Virus record (IMG/VR): IMGVR_UViG_3300005589_000017
Span: 1 to 37,793 of that record
DNA: 37,793 bases
Strand: one strand, 5' to 3'
From: a virus
Lineage: Duplodnaviria > Caudoviricetes
A program made the translations under genes and the position numbers. How positions within the stretch are numbered: position 1 is the first letter of the stretch; every line of letters starts with the position of its first letter. Below the pieces are notes generated by a model. It did not search any database. It was given only the letters and a program-made list of their open reading frames with translations, and was not told where the DNA came from. Positions 33,776 to 37,793 of this stretch are shown piece after piece.

Positions 33776-33940
33776 TTAATTTTCCTTTTTAATTCTCCAT
33801 ACTTGGAAAGCAATAAATACTAATGTCCCAAGTATAGTGTTTTGATAAAAGTTTATATCATTATGATATGTTAGTGATATCCATCCTAATACAGTCGATA
33901 CGTACCAGATAACCTCAAATATAAATATTAAATGTTTCAT
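33776..33940 (-). CDS. 54-aa two-TM protein (not in the ORF track)
   Basis: RBS AAGGAG; MKHLIFIFEVIWYVSTVLGW... Confidence 0.65.
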   Translation of the reverse strand: MKHLIFIFEVIWYVSTVLGWISLTYHNDINFYQNTILGTLVFIAFQVWRIKKEN

Positions 33941-33970
33941 TTTTGTTAACTCCTTTATTTAATTTATTAC

Positions 33971-33999
33971 AGTATAATACAGTTTATATGCAATTGCAA
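33971..33999 (-). promoter_or_regulatory. Early promoter with TGCAATTGCA palindrome
   Basis: TTGCAA-17-TATACT. Confidence 0.75.
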
Positions 34000-34021
34000 G
34001 TAAAATATATTATTTATTGTA

Positions 34022-34237
34022 TTAAAATATAAATCTTTCTTTTTTATGTTCAAATTCTTGTACAATAACATTACCTTTTTTTGTTTCCTTAACATAATAA
34101 TCTACATCTGTTGTTTCAAAATGTATAAAAGTCCAGAACATAGAACGCTTTCTTGATTCTTCAGATTTTTTTAACCATTCCTGAGCAGCTCTTACAGCTA
34201 ATATATTATTTTTACAATCTCTTAGTTTTATCTCCAT
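34022..34237 (-). CDS. Hypothetical protein
   Basis: RBS AAGGA. Confidence 0.6.
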   Translation of the reverse strand: MEIKLRDCKNNILAVRAAQEWLKKSEESRKRSMFWTFIHFETTDVDYYVKETKKGNVIVQEFEHKKERFIF

Positions 34238-34365
34238 CTCTCTATCCTTTCTTTAATTTCTTTTAATCTGTCTATCTCTTCAAACAAATCACTATTACCA
34301 ACACGCAAAGCTTTTGCTTCGAGTTTTAGTATAATATCGTTTAGTTCTATTATTAGATCGTCCAT
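34228..34365 (-). CDS. 45-aa helical protein (not in the ORF track)
   Basis: RBS GGAG; MDDLIIELNDIILKLEAK...ERWR. Confidence 0.55.
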   Translation of the reverse strand: MDDLIIELNDIILKLEAKALRVGNSDLFEEIDRLKEIKERIERWR

Positions 34366-34369
34366 TTAT

Positions 34370-35971
34370 TTACTCCGTTTCTGCTATTGCTCCAATTATA
34401 ATAGGACTACAACCATGTAACATATTAAAATTAGATTTTACATTTTCGTTTATGTTATTTATTTCTTCTGCTTTACCTCTTCTTATTTTAGTTATAACTT
34501 TGTTTTGTGCTTTATTAAAACATTCTGTACTGTACCAGTTGTCTCCAAACTTTTCGTTTAGTTTTTCTTCTACAGTTTCTAAATGCTTTTTATTAAAACC
34601 TCTTTGAATAACTAAATCACCAGTTTCTATAAATTGGAATCTTCTACCATCAAATATCATATCGATATTTTTAAGTTTTCCACCTCTATTTTTAGCCACT
34701 ATAAGCTCAGTCAATCCCTTGCTTTCTAATAGTGCACTCATAGCATACTTATACTCATTACTGTCTTTATACATCATTAGATCATTTGATAATGTGTATT
34801 CTTCTCTGTAAAGAAACAGAACCATATCAGAATCCTGCTCAATAGTTCCACTATCTCTTAAATCAGACAATACAGGACGCTTATTTATTCTACCTGAAAA
34901 TGTTCTATTAAGCTGTGCTAATGATAAAACTGGAATATTAAGCTCTTTAGCTATATTCTTTAATCCCATAGATATTTCACTCATCTGCATTTGCTTATTA
35001 TTACCATTAGCTTTTACTAGGTGCATATGGTCTATAATTAGAAGGTCTATATCTTGTTTTCTCTTTAGACTTATAGCTCTACTTCTTATTTGATTAATAT
35101 GCAATCCTGACTGCTCATCTATAATTATTGGAAGCGAGTCAATATATTTTTCAGCTTCTTGTACAATCTGCATTTGCTCTCTGGTTTTATATAAGCCCTT
35201 TTCAATCAGTTCTAAGCTTATCCCAGTATGAGAGGATATGAGACGGGATTTAATCTCTTCACGGGTCATTTCAAGGCTATTTATGGCTATCTTCTTGCCT
35301 TGCTTTGCTAAGTTATATGCTATATTGAAAGAAAAGCATGATTTACCACATCCTGTAGATGCTCCTAAAACGTATAGTTTAGATCCTTGTAATCCAGAAG
35401 TTAAAAGATCAAATTGTTCAAATCCAGTTTTAAGTCCTGTAATCGGATCATGTGTGTTGTAAGCTACCATAGACTTATCAAAAATAGATTCTGATTTACT
35501 GATATGTGCAAACCCACCTAGAGATGAAGAATCCTCACATGCTTCTGATATGCCATTCAGCAAACTTTCTTTTAGTTCTTTGGTTTTTCCTTTGCCAAGC
35601 AGTGATATATTATCTTGAAGAATAATTTGTAATCTTCTTTCGTCATATTTTTCTTTTACTATATGGCAGTATGTTTTGAAGTTAATCAAGTTACTAGGTA
35701 TTTCTAGAAGTTGTTTAGCAAAAGCAAGACCTCCAAGTTCTTTAAACCATTCATCACTACCAAGTTTGTTTGTTATGCTTGATGGATTAGCTGATAACCC
35801 GTCTAGGATTAGGTTTTTAATACATTCGTATATTTTGCCATGCTGAGATAAATAAAACACATCTTCTGTCAAAACAGTCATAGCATAATCGATATTGTTA
35901 TTGTTTTTGATTAGACAACCAAGCAAAGCATGTTCTGAGTTTATATCGTAAAGTTCTATAGATTGTTCCAT
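34370..35971 (-). CDS. dnaB: Replicative DNA helicase, DnaB family
   Basis: Walker A GASTGCGKS, SLEM, IIDHMHL, LAQLNR, DLRDSGTIEQDSD, AKNRGG. Confidence 0.95.
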   Translation of the reverse strand: MEQSIELYDINSEHALLGCLIKNNNNIDYAMTVLTEDVFYLSQHGKIYECIKNLILDGLSANPSSITNKLGSDEWFKELGGLAFAKQLLEIPSNLINFKTYCHIVKEKYDERRLQIILQDNISLLGKGKTKELKESLLNGISEACEDSSSLGGFAHISKSESIFDKSMVAYNTHDPITGLKTGFEQFDLLTSGLQGSKLYVLGASTGCGKSCFSFNIAYNLAKQGKKIAINSLEMTREEIKSRLISSHTGISLELIEKGLYKTREQMQIVQEAEKYIDSLPIIIDEQSGLHINQIRSRAISLKRKQDIDLLIIDHMHLVKANGNNKQMQMSEISMGLKNIAKELNIPVLSLAQLNRTFSGRINKRPVLSDLRDSGTIEQDSDMVLFLYREEYTLSNDLMMYKDSNEYKYAMSALLESKGLTELIVAKNRGGKLKNIDMIFDGRRFQFIETGDLVIQRGFNKKHLETVEEKLNEKFGDNWYSTECFNKAQNKVITKIRRGKAEEINNINENVKSNFNMLHGCSPIIIGAIAETE

Positions 35972-36588
35972 GCTTCTTGCTCCTCTTGTGTCATTGTTGG
36001 TTTAGATTGTTGTATTGAGTTCTTAGGTGGATATAATCCTGTGTAACCCTGCCCTATTGAATACTCAACAACTTCTTCTGGATTGTTAAACTGTTTTAGT
36101 TTTTTGTATTGAAATTCCCATTGCTCTGGAAGCTTCAAATTTTTTCTATAATTTAACCATTTCGATATGTATGGTATTAATTTTTCATCACATCCTTGAA
36201 TAAAAGAATCCTTTGTGTTAGTATTATTCTTATGTACTTTAGTACTATTATTATCTGACAACTTTTCTTGTGTAGGGGTACACAACTTTTCTTGTGTAGG
36301 GTAGTTAAGTAAATTTATGTACCTATTATCAATTTCTTTACTATTATCTTTATACGTAACAACCCTTTCAATATAACCTTTATCATCAAGCTGTTTAAGC
36401 CAGTTTTGAACTGATGTTTTACTAACATTGTATAACTCAGCAAAATAATTAGTAGATGCATTACATTGCCCATTCATATTAGTTAATGATGTTATTTCAG
36501 CATACAAAAGCTTTGCATTAGCAGAAAGATCCTTGTCGTACCGTACTGTAGCAGGAATTATTGAATAGTAACTTGGTTTATTTTTCAT
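35956..36588 (-). CDS. Phage replication initiator (N-terminal winged HTH, lambda O-like)
   Basis: YYSIIPATVRYDKDLSANAKLLYAEI, ASTNYFAELY; C-terminal SIGQGYTGL; internal iterons; lies next to DnaB. Confidence 0.9.
   Translation of the reverse strand: MKNKPSYYSIIPATVRYDKDLSANAKLLYAEITSLTNMNGQCNASTNYFAELYNVSKTSVQNWLKQLDDKGYIERVVTYKDNSKEIDNRYINLLNYPTQEKLCTPTQEKLSDNNSTKVHKNNTNTKDSFIQGCDEKLIPYISKWLNYRKNLKLPEQWEFQYKKLKQFNNPEEVVEYSIGQGYTGLYPPKNSIQQSKPTMTQEEQEAWNNL
36258..36301. repeat. Iteron pair, probable replication origin
   Basis: acaacttttcttgtgtaggg at 36258-36277 and 36282-36301 inside the initiator gene. Confidence 0.75.
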
Positions 36589-36756
36589 TGAAAAACCCTC
36601 TTGTTTTAAGAGAGCATAGCTACGCTAGAACGTAGTAGACCACGCTTCTCTTTATTTATTATACTTTACCGTCCCCAATTTTAAGTTATAACGGTGGGTA
36701 GAGGTTTTACTCTCCACCCTATAATAACTAAGGAGTTGGGGTCCTGTTTTTATCTA
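36589..36756 (-). promoter_or_regulatory. Long structured leader of the initiator gene (cassette 4 + switchable RBS hairpin)
   Basis: Promoter TTGCAA-17-TATAAT (36791-36763); long hairpin 36675-36742; alternative stems 36595-36652. Confidence 0.6.
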
Positions 36757-36794
36757 TCTTCTATTATAAACAACATATTTACACATTGCAAGTA

Positions 36795-36903
36795 AAAAAA
36801 TAAAAAAAAGACACCCTCTGCAGAAAGTGTCTTTGACCAAAACTGCATAATCTGTTTCACTTATACAGCTAGATACGTCTGTCTACTACATGGTAGATGA
36901 CTT
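36795..36903 (-). ncRNA. Putative sRNA cassette 3
   Basis: Promoter TTGCAG-17-TATTAT (36938-36910); two hairpins and terminator AAAGACACUUUCU/AGAGGGUGUCUUU+U. Confidence 0.65.
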
Positions 36904-36918
36904 AAATATATAATAACA

Positions 36919-37039
36919 CAAAAAATATCCCACTGCAACAACGCAATGGGAGGAAACCACGACAATACTTAATTGCCGTTAAATACACCCAAACCTATGA
37001 GTGCTAGTCAAGATTAACGCCTTATTGGCTAATAATCAT
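36919..37039 (-). ncRNA. Putative sRNA cassette 2
   Basis: Promoter TTTACT-17-TATATT (37074-37046); three hairpins and terminator UCCCAUUGCG-UUGU-UGCAGUGGGA. Confidence 0.65.
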
Positions 37040-37062
37040 AAATATAATATATCACACTAAAA

Positions 37063-37150
37063 CAAAAAAGTAAACCCCTACAACAACGCAGGGGCTAGTT
37101 AATTAAACGTGTTTAATATAGATTTGCTCTATGTCGCTAAACAAATCTAC
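37063..37150 (-). ncRNA. Putative sRNA cassette 1
   Basis: Promoter TTGCAA-17-TAGTAT (37183-37155); two hairpins and terminator AGCCCCUGCG-UUGU-UGUAGGGGUU. Confidence 0.65.
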
Positions 37151-37169
37151 AAATATACTACATGGTTAT

Positions 37170-37355
37170 TTAATTAATTGCAAGAAAATTTTTAACTTGA
37201 GTTTGTAGCATTGATTCCTTTCTTTTTAATTTTAATAATTCATCCTTTAATACTTCACGAGATATCTTGCACTTAAGACCTTTGATTCTATCTTCTAATT
37301 CCCAGATCTTTATAGTGATGTACGCCTGTTCAGCTCTCTTTTCTTGTATATTCAT
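37170..37355 (-). CDS. Hypothetical coiled-coil protein
   Basis: RBS AAGGGG. Confidence 0.6.
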   Translation of the reverse strand: MNIQEKRAEQAYITIKIWELEDRIKGLKCKISREVLKDELLKLKRKESMLQTQVKNFLAIN

Positions 37356-37365
37356 GTTAATCCCC

Positions 37366-37455
37366 TTATATTGCTAATTCAATTAATCTTAAAACCATAC
37401 TAAATAAAGGCATTAGTAACCAACCTAAAAATATTGTTAATCCTAGTTTGCTCAT
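37366..37455 (-). CDS. 29-aa hydrophobic peptide
   Basis: RBS AAGGA; MSKLGLTIFLGWLLMPLFSMVLRLIELAI. Confidence 0.5.
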   Translation of the reverse strand: MSKLGLTIFLGWLLMPLFSMVLRLIELAI

Positions 37456-37537
37456 TTTATCATCCTTTCATTTAATTAATCTTGCTTCCTATTATCTTAT
37501 ATATCCGAACAAAAGTAAAAACTGACTATAATACACT

Positions 37538-37793
37538 TTATAATCCTGAATATAATTTTATTTTATTGAATCTTTCTAAATTCTTACCTTTTAATTTGTT
37601 GTTATGTATGTTTTTGTGGCATTCCAGGCAGCAGTATATTACAACCAAAGGCTTGCTATAATCCTCATGATGGGCAAAAATCTTTTTATTTGGTTTTCTG
37701 CATATGCTACATTTATCTGGTTTTATCAATATTCCTGAATTTAAATAATTATAAAATGTATTTCTAGATTTTATATGCATTTCTTGTAATGAC
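37538..37793 (-). CDS. 3' part of the junction-spanning HNH endonuclease
   Basis: KPDKCSIC...AHHEDYSKPL...CLECHKNIH HNH signature. Confidence 0.85.
   Translation of the reverse strand, partial: SLQEMHIKSRNTFYNYLNSGILIKPDKCSICRKPNKKIFAHHEDYSKPLVVIYCCLECHKNIHNNKLKGKNLERFNKIKLYSGL
37764..37793. repeat. Terminal direct repeat / circular assembly overlap (copy 2)
   Basis: Identical to 1-30. Confidence 0.95.

Noticed and set aside
27941-35462. Plus-strand ORFs 27941, 29460, 30095, 32451, 33137 and 35238
   Set aside because: Antisense to genes of a tightly packed - strand operon; no independent support
36919-37095. CAACAACGCA repeats as a mini CRISPR array
   Set aside because: Only 10 bp shared, two copies about 145 bp apart, both in terminator hairpins; no cas genes
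36589-37170. tRNA genes in the intergenic regions
   Set aside because: No cloverleaf with D-loop and T-loop consensus recognisable by eye; tRNAscan-SE would settle it

Overview
The window looks like a complete, AT-rich, circularly permuted podovirus-type phage genome of about 37,763 bp. Bases 1-30 are identical to 37764-37793, and a zinc-finger/HNH gene reads in frame across that junction. Two arms diverge from about 400-520 and converge at about 27,440. The + arm carries early/nin-like genes (YopX, ERF), TerS/TerL, portal, scaffold, capsid, T7/P22-like tail tubular proteins, ejection proteins (including a 1684-aa polyvalent protein with ART-like and HExxH domains), two fibre-like genes and a lysis cassette. 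The - arm carries the HNH gene, a lambda O-like initiator with iterons, DnaB, SSB-like, NinB-like, DUF968-like and MazG-like genes, and many small ORFs. I found no integrase, DNA or RNA polymerase, tRNA or CRISPR array. The most unusual feature is a dense layer of putative structured RNA. (i) A tandem array of promoter-sRNA-terminator cassettes lies upstream of the initiator, and one of these RNAs is complementary to a switchable initiator leader. (ii) A stand-alone sRNA is complementary to the shared RBS of early genes. (iii) A covarying three-way-junction motif occurs twice, flanking a lipoprotein gene. (iv) An anti-RBS loop switch sits in the HNH leader. (v) There are two H-type pseudoknots. 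All family assignments and RNA structures were made by eye from motifs; no searches or folding programs were run.
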